In this document: in pieces, positions 63,323 to 64,000 of the stretch
Layout of the letters: every line of letters begins with the position of its first letter
How positions within the stretch are numbered: position 1 is the first letter of the stretch
Assembly: GCF_006345805.1 (NCBI RefSeq)
Contig: NC_043007.1
Location: 48,980,001-49,044,000 of the forward strand
DNA length: 64,000 nucleotides
Source: Octopus sinensis
Taxonomy: Eukaryota
Direction: 5' to 3'
Position numbers and translations under genes: made by a program
The notes under the pieces: model-generated
The model's database searches: none
The model's input: the letters and a program-made list of their open reading frames with translations, nothing else
Told to the model about the DNA's origin: nothing

Positions 63323-63630
63323 TTGCAGCGTGGAAGGTGTTTGTAAGCCATTTAAGAAACAAACAAAAACCGTTACATTCACTTCAACATTTAAATTTAA
63401 TTTGCCAAAATATTTTCGTCGCTTTCAGACCGCGACCTGTTCACTGACAAAAATATCGTGCTAACAGGTCGCGGTCTCAAAGCGACGAAAATATTTTCAC
63501 AAATTAAATTTAAATGTTGAAGTGAATCTAACGGTTTTTGTGTGTTTCTTAAATGGCTTATAAACACCTTCAACGCTGCAACTGTTTTCGTTCCAGCCAC
63601 ACGATCTCAGATTAAGTCACTTGCTATGCA
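63323..63630. mobile_element. Fold-back element (~119-bp arms, 63323-63581) with one-sided tail; PLE-pLTR-like
   Basis: Inverted arms with few mismatches; tail 63582-63630; TA-rich flanks. Confidence 0.8.
63401..63451 (-). ncRNA. Minimal hammerhead variant with a swapped G3-C8 core pair
   Basis: Minus strand: TTTGTCA GTGAACA G GTCG n11 CGAC GAAA ATAT TT TGGCAAA. Confidence 0.5.
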
Positions 63631-63739
63631 AGTACATCTCTGTACTATATATATATTATATATATATATATGTATATTGTAAAAACAGTAAGATAACAAA
63701 AGAAAGAAAGAGACCTCAATATTATGTAAATAGAGGAAA

Positions 63740-64000
63740 TCTTTATATATAAAAGTGAGGTTGTGTGTCTGTCTCCTACGATTTAGATTCCTAACTACTC
63801 CCACATTTTGCGGTGCAGTTTAACCAAAACCGGTATCTTATAGTCGTGATTCATATCGAGACCGTCTGGGTATTAGCGCGCGTCTACGATGAGTCTACGA
63901 TTTAAAAAAAAATTTACCATCAATTTTTCCCATTTTTAATCCATTTTTGACATATATAAGGGAAGTAACTCTCTAAAATTTATTATTAAATCTCAGAACG
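63740..64000 (+). mobile_element. 5' part of the same Helitron family, cut by the window end
   Basis: A|TCTTTATATATAAAA start; matches 25980-26209 and 59934-60143. Confidence 0.8.

Overview
This is AT-rich, microsatellite-dense eukaryotic DNA. The tRNA-derived SINE families and (TA)n density look like a coleoid cephalopod (Octopus-like) genome; that is an inference, not a verified assignment. I can support only one host gene: an intact single-exon UDP-glycosyltransferase (UGT) CDS at 57627-59141. The rest is transposable-element debris: Chapaev3-, hAT-, Tc1/mariner-, pogo- and Merlin-like DNA transposons, non-autonomous Helitrons, CR1 and Tx1/L1-like LINEs, an internally deleted Gypsy element, two kinds of Penelope-like elements (PLE; one with endonuclease-before-RT 'Naiad-like' order) and many SINEs. 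The main signal not shown by the ORF track is RNA structure. At least seven minimal type-I hammerhead ribozyme motifs sit in small (TA)n-embedded repeats: a 404-bp tandem retrozyme-like array, a ~355-bp circularly permuted family with stem covariation, and a G3-C8 core variant. Two further motifs have the three hammerhead strands in a non-circularly permuted (pseudoknotted) order. Also notable are a head-to-tail array of ORF1-only Tx1-like retroelements, and Asn in the UGT at the inferred catalytic Asp position, where A-to-I editing could restore Asp. All alignments and folds were done by eye; no searches were run.
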